Counted from the whole stretch's first letter, positions 11,145 through 21,467 are shown. The stretch is 62,373 bases of DNA, filler included, from Anaerolineae bacterium (GCA_029262755.1; 7 parts of 7 records of this genome joined end to end with filler, not necessarily neighbours in it); one strand, 5' to 3'. A program made the numbers and translations. Notes: a model not told the origin generated them from the sequence alone.

Positions 11145-11735
11145 ATGCGCGTGCAACGGACCGTGTTGTGGGAACCCCGCCGCTCGCTCGCCGCGTTGGC
11201 CGCTCGTTTCATGCGGGCTGGGCGCGTCCGGCGCAGAAGACTGCGCCCGCAAGATAACCAGGTCGTTGGCGGCGTCGTCAACCGCCGGCGCTCCTACGCC
11301 TCTCGCGGTGGAGACCGCGGCCGTTTGGTCGCCACGTTCTGCGGCGCGTCCCTTGCCTGCCTTGTCGGTGCCGGCCCGGGTCCGCTACACGGTCCGGCCG
11401 CGGCCCAATCCGGCCTTTCGCTCTCCGTGCGCGGCCAGATCGGGGGTGCGAGCGGCGCCGTCGCGTTGCACGGCAACGTCGCTTGGGTCGCGCAAGGCGC
11501 CCGGTTGGTGGGCTTTGACGTCACGCCGTCTGCACCGTCCGAGACACCTGTAGATCCGGCCACCTTGCTCCGCCCTGTCGGCCGCAGCCCCATCCTCCCC
11601 GGCGTCGTGCGTGATGTTGCGATCGTCGACGGGCACGCGTTCGTAGCCGCAGGGCCCGAGGTGGGTTTGCTTGTCCTGGACGTGTCGAAGCCCGACGCAG
11701 TCCACTTGTTGGCCGAGTTGGACACACCGGGGACT
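11145..11735 (+). CDS. Exported LVIVD-repeat protein, truncated by contig end
   Basis: GQIGG..AVALHGNVAWVAQG; VRDVAIVDGHAFVAAG..GLLVLDVSKP...LDTPG LVIVD-type repeats; start uncertain. Confidence 0.7.
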
Positions 11736-11835
11736 NNNNNNNNNNNNNNNNNNNNNNNNNNNNNNNNNNNNNNNNNNNNTTAATTAATTAANNNNNNNNN
11801 NNNNNNNNNNNNNNNNNNNNNNNNNNNNNNNNNNN
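11736..11835. other. Artificial contig-join spacer (also at 20742-20841, 35867-35966, 39782-39881, 42499-42598, 47799-47898)
   Basis: N44-TTAATTAATTAA-N44, six identical 100-nt copies with stops in all frames. Confidence 0.98.
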
Positions 11836-11875
11836 GCCTGCGCCGCCTGGGCCTGCGCGCCCGATCGGGTCTCCG

Positions 11876-12838
11876 ATGGCCGTGAACCGGACCTTGTCGA
11901 AGGGCTCGGCCGCTTCGGCGACACGGAACGATTCGCGCCGCCCTACGGTGCGTCTCGTGCCGACGCGCGCCCGAACACGCGCGTTGCCCATCCTCGGTGC
12001 GACGTTGATCGCATTGGCCGCGGTGTGGGGGCTCGCCACGAAGCGGGCCGCGCCGCGTGAGCCTGCGGAGAACGTGTCCGTGGCGGACGGCGCGCGCGCC
12101 GCGCTGGCCGTACCGCACGGGCTCGCGCTTGGCGACGGGTTCCGGGTGGCCTACTGGACGAGCACGGCGCGGCGGGAGCAGCGTCCCGGCGGCGCCGATG
12201 CGACGGAGCCCGTGCGTCGCGAGTGGCGCTACACGCTCCGCGCCGAAGAGCCGGTTGATGGACGGACGCGGCAAACGTTCGTGGCGCGCCTGCTCGCCGG
12301 CTCGCCGGGCGAGCGGGAGGCGAATCCGGCCGGCACGATCACGCTTACCTTGGACGGCGACACGCGGGCGCTGTGGACGCTGGTCGAGGCGATGCCCGGG
12401 CCGGGTGGCGGTGATGCCGCAGCACGGCGCGTGGAGCAAGCGAACCATTACGCGGTCGGCGGACCGGAGGCCATCTTGCACGCGCCGCGCGCTCATCTGG
12501 CGTGGATCGCCGACTTGCCGCGCTTGCCCGCGACGCCGTCGACGGCCGGTGAGCGCCTCGAGCGCGTGATCGCCCGGGCGGACGGTCTCCTACCTGCGTT
12601 CGAGCAGAGCGTGGTTGCCACCGGGGACGGCGGATGGGAGGTCACGCTCTGGCGGCACGATCCGGACTCGGGTTTGGAACTGCGTTCATGGCAGCATTGG
12701 CCGCCCGGCGCCCTGTGGTGGTCGGAGGCGCGTGTGACGCTCGGAGATACGCTGTTGGTGGAAGGCCGCGTCCTAGGCTTGGAGCATCCGCGGACGGCCT
12801 GGCTGCCGATGCTCCTGGCCGACGGTGCGTTGCGCTGA
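11876..12838 (+). CDS. Hypothetical exported or membrane-anchored protein with C-terminal AWLPMLL motif
   Basis: N-terminal hydrophobic segment; ends PRTAWLPMLLADGALR. Confidence 0.6.
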   Translation: MAVNRTLSKGSAASATRNDSRRPTVRLVPTRARTRALPILGATLIALAAVWGLATKRAAPREPAENVSVADGARAALAVPHGLALGDGFRVAYWTSTARREQRPGGADATEPVRREWRYTLRAEEPVDGRTRQTFVARLLAGSPGEREANPAGTITLTLDGDTRALWTLVEAMPGPGGGDAAARRVEQANHYAVGGPEAILHAPRAHLAWIADLPRLPATPSTAGERLERVIARADGLLPAFEQSVVATGDGGWEVTLWRHDPDSGLELRSWQHWPPGALWWSEARVTLGDTLLVEGRVLGLEHPRTAWLPMLLADGALR

Positions 12839-13109
12839 GGGCGCGGCCAACCGTACCCTGACCAAGTTGCGTGCCGGACCGCTGTAGCCGTCGAACGCGA
12901 GGCGCACGTCCATGAGGCCATCGGCGACGGGGCAGCCGGCCGATCTAGCCGCCGCCTCCCTTTGCCCCGCCCCCGCTAACGCGCAAGGACTACAATTCGG
13001 CGCACGCGTCCCGTTCGACTCGTGACGAAGGATCGACCCCAGCCCGATCGCCGAATGCAGCACCGCACCAGAACCAAACCCGCGAGAAATCATCAGGAGA
13101 GGAACCGCC

Positions 13110-13643
13110 ATGAATCGTGTAGATCCGTTGCTCCGCTCGTCCATGACCGCAGCCGTGGTTGCGGCCTGCCTGCTGCTCGGCGCTTGTGCGCCGGCGGACA
13201 CGCCAGCCTCCGATGTTGCTGAGGGCGCCGCGTCCGCGGTGTTGGAAGGCAGTGGCGGCACCGACGGCGACGAGTCGGTCGCACCGGACATGGAAGGCGA
13301 TCGCGATTCGGCTGGGGACACGGACGCCGACGCAAGCAGCGCGGAGGACGCCGGCGACATGGCCGAAACGATGATCACCCAGATGATGATCGGCGCCGCC
13401 GTGGAGCGCGGCAGGATCAGCGAAGAAGACGCCAACCTCTACCAAGAGGTCGACGCGATCCTGGCCGACTTCCGACCGGAGGGGGAGGGCAATCTGGGGC
13501 AAGGGCTACCGCGCGAAGAGCGGTTGGATCGGCAACGTGCGGCCGCGGAAGCGGCCGTCGAGGCGGGCGTCCTGGACGAAGACCGCGCGGATCGCTTCGT
13601 CGACCTCTTTGCCCTTCTACAGGCGGAAGGCCTCGTGCCCTGA
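13110..13643 (+). CDS. Acidic hypothetical lipoprotein
   Basis: AGGAGAGG RBS; lipobox LLGAC; D/E/A-rich linker and helical C-terminus. Confidence 0.7.
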   Translation: MNRVDPLLRSSMTAAVVAACLLLGACAPADTPASDVAEGAASAVLEGSGGTDGDESVAPDMEGDRDSAGDTDADASSAEDAGDMAETMITQMMIGAAVERGRISEEDANLYQEVDAILADFRPEGEGNLGQGLPREERLDRQRAAAEAAVEAGVLDEDRADRFVDLFALLQAEGLVP

Positions 13644-13726
13644 ACTCCATCGGCAAGGCCCTGAAGGCCGGCGACCGCTGGTTTGCAAGCTTCGGACGCG
13701 CGGGCCGGCCCGGATGGCTGCGCTGG

Positions 13727-14128
13727 ATGCCCGCGGCGCTGTGTTACGCGGCGGTCTTTTCGCTCACCGCGGCACCGGGCACGGACGGCGAGAGCACCCG
13801 TGGCTGGCTGGCGATCGTCGGCCTTGGGGATTGGAACACCTTGCTGCGCGCTTCGGCGCACATCGGCGTGTTCGGCACCCTGGCGGTGTTGCTTCGCGGC
13901 GCGGCCGGTCGCGGCTTGTCCGCGCGTCGCAGCGGCGCGGTCCGTGCGACGTGGATCGCCGCGATCTTGGCGCTGGTCCTCGCCATGACGGACGAACTCC
14001 ACCAGGGTACGGTGCCGGGGCGCCATGCGCGCTGGATCGACGTCGGCTACGACGGCCTCGGGATTCTGATGGGCCTCGCGGCCCTTGGCTGGGCGTGGCG
14101 GCGCTGGGTGATCGCGGAGATCACGTGA
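13727..14128 (+). CDS. VanZ-family membrane protein
   Basis: RASAHIGVFGTL...TDELHQGTVPGRHARWIDVGYD VanZ signature. Confidence 0.85.
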   Translation: MPAALCYAAVFSLTAAPGTDGESTRGWLAIVGLGDWNTLLRASAHIGVFGTLAVLLRGAAGRGLSARRSGAVRATWIAAILALVLAMTDELHQGTVPGRHARWIDVGYDGLGILMGLAALGWAWRRWVIAEIT

Positions 14129-14182
14129 GATTGCACGGCGCGCGGCACGACAGTTCTTGTGGGGAGGAGCCTAAGGCAACGC

Positions 14183-14986
14183 TCAAGCCAGTGCGGTAAA
14201 CGCACGCAAGAAGACCAGACCGTCCGGCTCGCTGGTCGCCGGACGCCGATGCCACGCTGGGTGGCGTACGTCCTCGACGAAGCGCTCCGGGTGGGGCATC
14301 AGGCCGACGATGCGGCCCGTGGGATCGCAGACGCCGGCGATGGCGTGGAGGGCGCCGTTGGGGTTGGCCGGGTAGACGTCGGTCGGCTCGTCGTTGGAAT
14401 CGACATAACGCAGGGCGATCAAACCCTCCGCTTCCAGGCGCGCCATCGTTTCGTCGTCGGCCCAGAAGCGGCCCTCGCGGTGGGCCATGGGCATCTCGAG
14501 GCGGCTAGGCAAGCCTTGCAGGAAGTCGGCGCGCGTGTCGGACTCGGGAGCCATCGTCACCCAGCGGCACTCGAAGCGGCCGCTCTGGTTCTCGGTCAGT
14601 GTCGCGGACATCGTGCCCAGCTCGCCGAAGGGCAGCAGGCCCGTGCGCACCAGCACCTGGAAGCCGTTGCAGATGCCGAGCACCGGCTTGCCGGCTGCCA
14701 CGAAATCGGCCATCTCGTCGGCGAGGAAGCTCATGAGCTCCACGGCCATCACCTTGCCCGCCGCAACGTCGTCGCCGTAGGAGAAGCCGCCGGCCACCAC
14801 GAGCATGTCGTGGTCGGCGAGGCGCACCTCGCCGGCGCGGAGACGGTTCATGGGGACGATGACGGCGCGCGCGCCCGCTTGCTCGAGGGCGTGGGCCGTC
14901 TCGACCTCGCAATTCGTGCCGTCGGCCTTCAGGATGCAGGCCAAGGGACCCATTTGGGACGACCTTCCGTTGCTCGCGTTGCTCAC
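14183..14986 (-). CDS. purQ: Phosphoribosylformylglycinamidine synthase subunit I (glutaminase)
   Basis: GTNCE, GGFSYGD, LGICNGFQVL, AHREG, NPNG, GLMPHPER; GGAGG RBS before GTG 14986. Confidence 0.95.
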   Translation of the reverse strand: MSNASNGRSSQMGPLACILKADGTNCEVETAHALEQAGARAVIVPMNRLRAGEVRLADHDMLVVAGGFSYGDDVAAGKVMAVELMSFLADEMADFVAAGKPVLGICNGFQVLVRTGLLPFGELGTMSATLTENQSGRFECRWVTMAPESDTRADFLQGLPSRLEMPMAHREGRFWADDETMARLEAEGLIALRYVDSNDEPTDVYPANPNGALHAIAGVCDPTGRIVGLMPHPERFVEDVRHPAWHRRPATSEPDGLVFLRAFTALA

Positions 14987-15104
14987 CCTGCCTCCTCCGA
15001 CGCGGTCGTCACGGACGACCGGTTTCGCCGCGCGCAAACCCGCACCGCACTTGGCCGGGAGGATAGCGGGGGCAACGCAAAGCGGCTATTTGGAAGGGCA
15101 GGGA

Positions 15105-16475
15105 TCATCCTCCGAGCAGGCGATCCACGGCCGCCGCAAGTTGCCCGAGGTCGCGCACGGGATAGACGGCGTCGCATTCCGGTGCGTAGGCCAGCATGTC
15201 GCTGTCGCCGCTGCCCCATTGGCTGGGCGGTTCCGGGTTGAGCCACACGAGCCGGCGGCTGCGGCGCTTCAACGAGCGGATGAGGTCGAGGCGGGGATCG
15301 TTGTGGTTGTTGCGGCCGTCGCCCAGCACGATCAGCGTCGTGCGATGATCGAGCGCAGCGCGGAAGTGCTGGTCGAAGGTGGCCAGGCTTGTGCCGAGAT
15401 CCGTGGCGTAGTATCCGGGTGGGATCGCGTAAAGGACCTCGGAGACGGCCTCGCCGACGCGGCTGCCGGAGACCAGATGGGTGATTTCCTGCAGATCGTC
15501 GTTGAAGGCGAAGGAGCGGGCGCGCGCCACCTGATCGGATAGCTCGTAGATCAGCCGCAGCATGAATTCCGCAACGGGGCGCATGCTGGTCGAGACGTCG
15601 CAGATCAGCACGAGGCTGGGCTTGAGGCGCTTGCGGCGCTGTCGCAGCTCCACCGGCACGCCGCCGTAGCGCTGGTTGGCGCGCAGGGTGCGGCGCGGAT
15701 CGAGGCGGCCGCGACGGGCGCGCTTCTGGCGCAGCGCCGCCCGGCTGCGCAGCCGCGCGACGAGCCGCCGGACTTCCTTGCGCAGCACCTCGGCCTCGGC
15801 GCGCGAAAGGTCCTGCAGCGGCCGGTCCATCGGCCCTTTGCCACCGGGAGAGTTCGGCGGCTGCTCCGCCCTGCGCCGCGCCATCTCCAACCCGACTTGG
15901 CGCGCCATGCCCTCCTCGATCGAATCCTGGTTGGCCCGCGCAACACCGAGCAGGGCGTCGATCATTTCGTCGCCCATGCCCAGGTCCGCGAGTTTCTGGC
16001 CCAACTCGGCCAGCAAGTCCTCGAGCTCGCCGAAGCCCATCTTGTCGAGCATGCGGCGGCTCACGTAGTGAGCGTGCTGCGGGTTGTCGGTGAGCTCCGC
16101 TGCGCGGCGCGCCATCTCCTCGAGTTGCTCGGGCGTGGGTCCGTCGCCGCGCGTGAGCCATTCCAGAAGATCGCGCGCGCGTCCGGCAAGCGCCGCGAGC
16201 GCCGCCTCGAGCAGCTCCCGGTCTTCGGGCGAGAGCTCTTCCGCCCCGTCTTGCAATGGCGGCTCGCCGCCGAAGTACAGCGGGAACAAGGCCTCGAAGG
16301 CCTCCATATCGCCCCGGTCCTTGATCAGCGTCGCCCGCAGTGCGCGCCGGAAGCGCTCCCGCTCCCCGACGCCCGCCGCTTGCGCGGCACGGAGGCCGTC
16401 GATGGCCTCCGCCAACGACACGCGCACGCCCGCGGCGCGCAAGCCGCGCACGAATTGCGCGACGCGTTCATCCAC
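15105..16475 (-). CDS. CoxE-like VWA-domain protein
   Basis: FVRGLRAAGVRVS, LDPRRTLRAN, CDVSTSM MIDAS, LGDGRNN, WLNPEP..WGSGDS; start overlaps the MoxR stop. Confidence 0.9.
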   Translation of the reverse strand: MDERVAQFVRGLRAAGVRVSLAEAIDGLRAAQAAGVGERERFRRALRATLIKDRGDMEAFEALFPLYFGGEPPLQDGAEELSPEDRELLEAALAALAGRARDLLEWLTRGDGPTPEQLEEMARRAAELTDNPQHAHYVSRRMLDKMGFGELEDLLAELGQKLADLGMGDEMIDALLGVARANQDSIEEGMARQVGLEMARRRAEQPPNSPGGKGPMDRPLQDLSRAEAEVLRKEVRRLVARLRSRAALRQKRARRGRLDPRRTLRANQRYGGVPVELRQRRKRLKPSLVLICDVSTSMRPVAEFMLRLIYELSDQVARARSFAFNDDLQEITHLVSGSRVGEAVSEVLYAIPPGYYATDLGTSLATFDQHFRAALDHRTTLIVLGDGRNNHNDPRLDLIRSLKRRSRRLVWLNPEPPSQWGSGDSDMLAYAPECDAVYPVRDLGQLAAAVDRLLGG

Positions 16476-17649
16476 GGCGCGGCGGCCGGTTGCGCGGGTC
16501 GCGCGAATCACGCGGATCGCGAGGGCGACGCGGGCTGCGGGGGTCGCGAGGGTCGCGTGGTTCACGCGGATCGCGATGGTCGCCCGGGCCGCGGGGATCA
16601 TCCTCGTCCTCGTCGTCGCGCGCACTACCGCGGAATCCGGGCGGCGGCGTCATGAGGCGCCGGGCGCGGGAGAGGTCGGACTCGTACTTGAGCAGGACGC
16701 TGGCCGTGCGCCGGATCGTATCGCGGTCGAGGCGCTTGGCGTTCAGCGCAAGCAGCGCGCGGGCCCAGTCCAGCGTCTCGCTGATCGAGGGCGCCTTGCG
16801 CAGCTCAAGGCCGCGTAACCGCTGCACCATCTCGACGGCCTGGCGTGCCAGCTCGCGGTCGATGCCAGGCACGCGTAGCCGCACGATCTCCAACTCCGCG
16901 TCGGCGTCGGGGTAGTCGACGTGCAGGTAGAGGCAGCGGCGTTTGAGCGCCTCGGAGAGCTCGCGCGTGTCGTTGCTGGTCAGCAACACCATCGGGTGGC
17001 GCTTTGCACGGATCGTCCCCAGCTCCGGGATGCTCGCCTGGAAGTCCGAGAGCAGCTCGAGCAGGAAGGCCTCGAACTCGACGTCCGCGCGGTCGATCTC
17101 GTCGATCAGCAGTACAACCGGCACCTCGGAGGTCAGCGCCGCGAGCAGGGGACGCGGCAGCAGGAAGTGCTCGCTGAAGAACACATCCTCCTCCGCCGCG
17201 ACGCGTCGCGCCGCCTCGCGCAGGCTGCCTGCGCCGGCCAGCGTGTCGGAGAGCGTGTCGCGCAGCAGCTGCGTGTAGAGCATCTGCTTGGCGTACTCCC
17301 ACTCGTAGAGCGCCTTGCTCTCGTCGAGGCCTTCGTAGCATTGCAGCCGGATCAGCGGCCGTCCGCTCGCCGCGGCCCAAGCGCGCGCGAGCTCTGTCTT
17401 GCCGACGCCGGCGGGCCCTTCGGCCAGGATCGGCTTGCCGAGCTGCTCGGCCAGGAAGACGATCGTGCTGATGTCGTCGGAGGCGATGTAGCGTGCACCC
17501 GCCAGCCCGTGGCGCACGGCGTCGGGGTCGTCGAAGGCGGGCTCGAGCTTCGGACCATCGCCGGCAGCGGTACCGGCAGCGGTGCCGGCGGCGTCGGCCG
17601 CGCCGGAAGGCGTGCTCTCTCGATCGGGGTTCGGTGCGTCAAACGTCAC
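16468..17649 (-). CDS. MoxR-family AAA+ ATPase (CoxD-like)
   Basis: Walker A EGPAGVGKT, RLQCYEGLD, LIDEIDRAD, ELSEALKRRC; R/D/P-repeat C-terminal tail. Confidence 0.92.
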   Translation of the reverse strand: MTFDAPNPDRESTPSGAADAAGTAAGTAAGDGPKLEPAFDDPDAVRHGLAGARYIASDDISTIVFLAEQLGKPILAEGPAGVGKTELARAWAAASGRPLIRLQCYEGLDESKALYEWEYAKQMLYTQLLRDTLSDTLAGAGSLREAARRVAAEEDVFFSEHFLLPRPLLAALTSEVPVVLLIDEIDRADVEFEAFLLELLSDFQASIPELGTIRAKRHPMVLLTSNDTRELSEALKRRCLYLHVDYPDADAELEIVRLRVPGIDRELARQAVEMVQRLRGLELRKAPSISETLDWARALLALNAKRLDRDTIRRTASVLLKYESDLSRARRLMTPPPGFRGSARDDEDEDDPRGPGDHRDPREPRDPRDPRSPRRPRDPRDSRDPRNRPPRRG

Positions 17650-17767
17650 GGTGGCGTCTCCGAGTTGTGGCGGGAATCGTGGATATCGGAGCGGCGAGTG
17701 CTGGGACCGCGGCACGGATGTTCAGCAAGGGTAGTCCGGTCACCAAACCGTGTCCTTGGAACACCGG

Positions 17768-17788
17768 TTCGATTCGGATTCGATTCGG
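17768..17788. promoter_or_regulatory. 10-bp direct repeat, possible regulator binding site
   Basis: TTCGATTCGG-A-TTCGATTCGG (11-bp period) in the divergent moxR/cls intergenic region. Confidence 0.3.
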
Positions 17789-18021
17789 TCTGGGCAGCGC
17801 GCGGTTCATGGTCGCGACGGACGAGGCCCAACAGAAAGAGGCCCAGGAAGTCAGCCATGCCCCATGGCGTCGTCCCGGGCCCCCAATCTCCGAACAGGAG
17901 TTGTGTATCAAGCTTCCAGATCTGGGAGGATCGTGCGGTCAGGATGCCGTGAATCGATGAGCGGCGTGTGAGCGAAAATGAGAAGTTCCCTTAGCCGCCG
18001 CCCTCCACCTATAGTCCCGCC

Positions 18022-19272
18022 ATGTTTCCGAACCTAGACCCTACGCAACTGATTCGCCCACTGCTCTGGAGCCTGCTGGCCTTTGTCGCCCTGCAGGCCA
18101 TCGTCATCATGCTCTTGATGCACATGAGCCGTCGGCGGAAGAATCGCGTGCCCGAGTCCGGCTTTCCCTCGCTGCCGCCCGAGGCCCTCGGGCCGATCGA
18201 GGTGGCGGAGAACCAACTCCAGCTGTACATGCGCGGTGGCCCGCTCTACGAAGCCATGATCGAGGCCATCGAGGGCGCCGAAAAAGAGATCTTCTTCGAA
18301 AGCTACATCTGGAAGGACGACGAGGTCGGTCAGTCTATCAAAGCGGCGCTCGAGGCAAAGGCACGCGAAGGCATCCCCGTCTACGTAATCTACGATGCCC
18401 TGGGCAACTTCGTGGTGCCCGACGCCTTCTTCGCGTTCGGGCGAGCCGTGAACGTGCTGCCCTACAAGTCGTGGAACCGATTGCGCGATGTCGTGACGCC
18501 GACGCGCTGGGGACGCGATCATCGCAAGATCCTCGTTGTGGATCGCGAGATGGCCTTCGTCGGCGGCTACAACATCGGGGCGCACTACCGCGACTATTGG
18601 CGCGACACCCACCTGCGCCTGATCGGACCGGCGGCGCGCGACCTCGCCTACGCGTTCAGCGATTTCTGGAACGCCTGGACCGAGGACAGCCAGCCCGCAA
18701 TCCCGCAGCCGCAGCGCCCGTGGTCGGCGCACCTGCGTGTCCACCGCAACGACCGCCGTCGGCTCATGTTTCCGATCCGTTCGGTCTACTCCGAGGCGAT
18801 CGAGCATGCCAGCAAGCGCATCGAGCTCACCAGCGCCTACTTCGTGCCGGACCGCGCGCTGCTGGCCGCCTTGCGTCGCGCCGCACGCCGCGGCGTGGAC
18901 GTACGAATCCTCGTCCCCAAGGAGTCCAACCATATCCTGGTCGACTGGCTTTCACGGTCGATCTATGACGAAGTACTCGGCAGCGGCATCCGCATCTTCC
19001 GCTATGCGGGCGCGATGATCCACGCCAAGACCTGCACCATCGACGGGGTGTGGAGCATGGTCGGCACGGCCAACCTCGACCGCCTCAGCCTGGCGGGCAA
19101 CCACGAGATCAACGTCGAGATCTTCGACAAAGCCTTCGCAGCCACGATGAGCCGCGTCTTCGAATGCGACCTTGGAAACGCGCGCGAGCTGCGCCAGAGC
19201 GTGTGGCAGCGCCGGCCCCGTATCGCGCGCGTTGGCGAATGGATTCTTGCACCGCTACGCCCGTTTGTTTGA
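18022..19272 (+). CDS. cls: Cardiolipin synthase (phospholipase D family)
   Basis: Two HKD motifs (HRKILVVD..GGYN, HAKTCTID..GTAN), WRDTH, SAYFVP; N-terminal TM helix. Confidence 0.9.
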   Translation: MFPNLDPTQLIRPLLWSLLAFVALQAIVIMLLMHMSRRRKNRVPESGFPSLPPEALGPIEVAENQLQLYMRGGPLYEAMIEAIEGAEKEIFFESYIWKDDEVGQSIKAALEAKAREGIPVYVIYDALGNFVVPDAFFAFGRAVNVLPYKSWNRLRDVVTPTRWGRDHRKILVVDREMAFVGGYNIGAHYRDYWRDTHLRLIGPAARDLAYAFSDFWNAWTEDSQPAIPQPQRPWSAHLRVHRNDRRRLMFPIRSVYSEAIEHASKRIELTSAYFVPDRALLAALRRAARRGVDVRILVPKESNHILVDWLSRSIYDEVLGSGIRIFRYAGAMIHAKTCTIDGVWSMVGTANLDRLSLAGNHEINVEIFDKAFAATMSRVFECDLGNARELRQSVWQRRPRIARVGEWILAPLRPFV

Positions 19273-19634
19273 GCGGCGCCATGGTGTGCCATGTGTATCG
19301 ATGACCCCAATCGGCAACGGCTGGGTATGACGGGAGGAGCATGCACGCTCTGGGCGAACGTGCGCGCTCGCGGAGTTGTGGCAGCAAAGACGCAACGCTA
19401 CTGCCGACGCACGATACTAACGGCGCGCTAGGAAACGCATGGCAGGCTGAACGATACGAATCAGTACGAACAGAACCGTGTCGCCTTTTGATTCGATGTA
19501 CGTCTTGGACTCACAACCAGCCACGGCAACGTCCTTCGACAAGCCCCCTCGTGGCTGTGCCACCCCTGATCGGGATCTCGCCCGCGCCCTTATCTTCCGG
19601 TGCAAACCTTCTGCGCTCGACGGAGCATCCAACC

Positions 19635-20549
19635 ATGACCACCGCAGTACGCCTCTCTATGCGCCGCATCGCCGTGCGCCGTTTCGCGGGCACCTCGCTC
19701 CTCGCCGAGCAGCTCGACCGGCCGCTGCGCATCGCGCACGTGACCGATCAGCACGTCGGGTTGGCCACGCCCCATCGGGCGCAGCTGGCCGCGGTCCGCC
19801 ACGTCAACGGCCTGGAGCCGGATCTCATCGCGCTGACCGGTGACTACGTTGCTCACAGCCTCAAGCACCTGGACGCCCTGACCGACATCCTGGGCCGATT
19901 CGAGGCGCCGATGATCGGCGTGCTCGGCAACCACGATCACTGGAGCGGCGCCGACGAGGTCCGCAACACCCTGCGCGCCTGCAACGTCGAGGTGCTGGAC
20001 AACGCCGTGACCACGATCACACTGCGCGGCCAACAGCTCCAGGTCCTGGGCCTGGACGACGGCTGCACGGGCCACGCCGACGCCGCCTTGGCCGTGCGGA
20101 GCCTCGATCCCTCGCTGCCGACCCTCGGCTTGTCGCACATCGGCGAAGAGGCCGACCTGTTATGGGAGCACGGCGTCTCGCTGGTCTTGTCGGGCCACAC
20201 CCACTCGGGCCAGGTCAGCTACGGCGGCCTGCACCGCCTGACCGTCGGCTCACACCCCAACGTGCGCTACGTCCACGGCCTCTATGGCTGCCGTGAGGGT
20301 CTACGCGCCCCGGGCGCCCTGTACGTCAGCGCCGGCATCGGCGCCGCCGTCGTCGGCGTTCGCCTGGGCGAGCGCGCCCGCCGCGAGGTCGCCGCCTTCG
20401 ACATCGGCGTCCCGCCGGCGCACCTACGCGCCGACGAGCACCACGCAGAGCAAGAGCCGCTGCCGTCCGACCGCAGGGAGCTCGCGGTCAGCGAGCTGCG
20501 GCGTATCAAGCGCGAGTGGCGCGAGTCGCTTACGGGCGTTTCGATCTAG
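19635..20549 (+). CDS. Calcineurin-like metallophosphoesterase (YkuE-like)
   Basis: DQH, LTGDY, LGNHD, SH, SGHTHSGQ motifs. Confidence 0.9.
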   Translation: MTTAVRLSMRRIAVRRFAGTSLLAEQLDRPLRIAHVTDQHVGLATPHRAQLAAVRHVNGLEPDLIALTGDYVAHSLKHLDALTDILGRFEAPMIGVLGNHDHWSGADEVRNTLRACNVEVLDNAVTTITLRGQQLQVLGLDDGCTGHADAALAVRSLDPSLPTLGLSHIGEEADLLWEHGVSLVLSGHTHSGQVSYGGLHRLTVGSHPNVRYVHGLYGCREGLRAPGALYVSAGIGAAVVGVRLGERARREVAAFDIGVPPAHLRADEHHAEQEPLPSDRRELAVSELRRIKREWRESLTGVSI

Positions 20550-20741
20550 TCTCTGGGCACCGGGCGCTCAGCTCTCGCCGACGGCCCGTCGACCGCGACT
20601 CCCCGCAGCGCGATCGCCAGCACCACCATCACCGCGGCGCCCACGATCGCCCATGTGCGCAGCAGGCCCGATAGTACGGGCCACGTTGCGGGCGCGCCCT
20701 CGCCCGCGGCGAGCGAGAGCGAGACGAGCACGAGGCCGAAG
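20546..20741 (-). CDS. Membrane protein, C-terminal fragment
   Basis: Hydrophobic segments open to the contig edge; stop overlaps the convergent phosphoesterase stop. Confidence 0.4.
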
Positions 20742-20841
20742 NNNNNNNNNNNNNNNNNNNNNNNNNNNNNNNNNNNNNNNNNNNNTTAATTAATTAANNN
20801 NNNNNNNNNNNNNNNNNNNNNNNNNNNNNNNNNNNNNNNNN

Positions 20842-21061
20842 CGCGCCCCAGATGGATTCGGTTCGCGAACCGCAGCCGGACACCGGTTTCGATCGCTGCG
20901 ACGCCTTCCATCTGCAGGATCAGGCGATACATGACCGCCCGGACGCCAATGCCGAAGATGGTCGGCACCCTACCGAACAGCGTGGTGACCAGGGCTTCCC
21001 ACATGTAGCGGACGGGACCGTCCGCCTGTCGGCGGATGTAGAGCTGCAGCTGGGCGTACAG
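20842..21061 (-). CDS. Acyltransferase (hexapeptide/LbH type), N-terminal fragment truncated by contig end
   Basis: LYIRRQADGPVRYMWE...VPTIFGIGVRAVMYRLIL...IETGVRLRFANRIHLG resembles polysaccharide O-acyltransferase N-termini; start is either CTG 21061 (GGAG 7 nt upstream) or ATG 21004. Confidence 0.6.
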
Positions 21062-21467
21062 GAGGCGGCTCCGAGTTCACTCGCAATCGATGCAGTTCGG
21101 CACCGCCGATTGTTCCAACGCGGTGCCACATTGTGCTGGTGGCGCCATCACCCGGATGGCTCCGCCCCATCCCTGCCTACCGACAGTGATGGGGATGACC
21201 ATGCATTTCCAATCGTACATTCCGGCCGGCGATCACGACGGTGCGTGGCCAAGGGAACGGGGCGATCAGTTGGATACTTGCCTCGCCGAGCTCACGCGTC
21301 AGTCCATGTCCCGAACACAATACGGGGAAGACACGGGTCGGAAGCGTTGGCTTCCACTAGTGAAACGGGAGACGCCTTCGAAGGATACGGTCGAAGTTTG
21401 GCGCCGCGGTGACTACGCGGTATCGGTCGCCCGAGCGCGTGGGGGAGTGACGGACTTCACGGCGCAC

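Noticed and set aside
17646..17858. 70-aa ORF overlapping the MoxR start (GTGA)
   Set aside because: No RBS or recognisable motif; probably a chance ORF in the divergent promoter region
19370..19450. GCAAAGACGCAA segment reminiscent of a c-di-GMP-I riboswitch
   Set aside because: Lacks the GNRA-capped P2 stem and a pairable P1; not supportable
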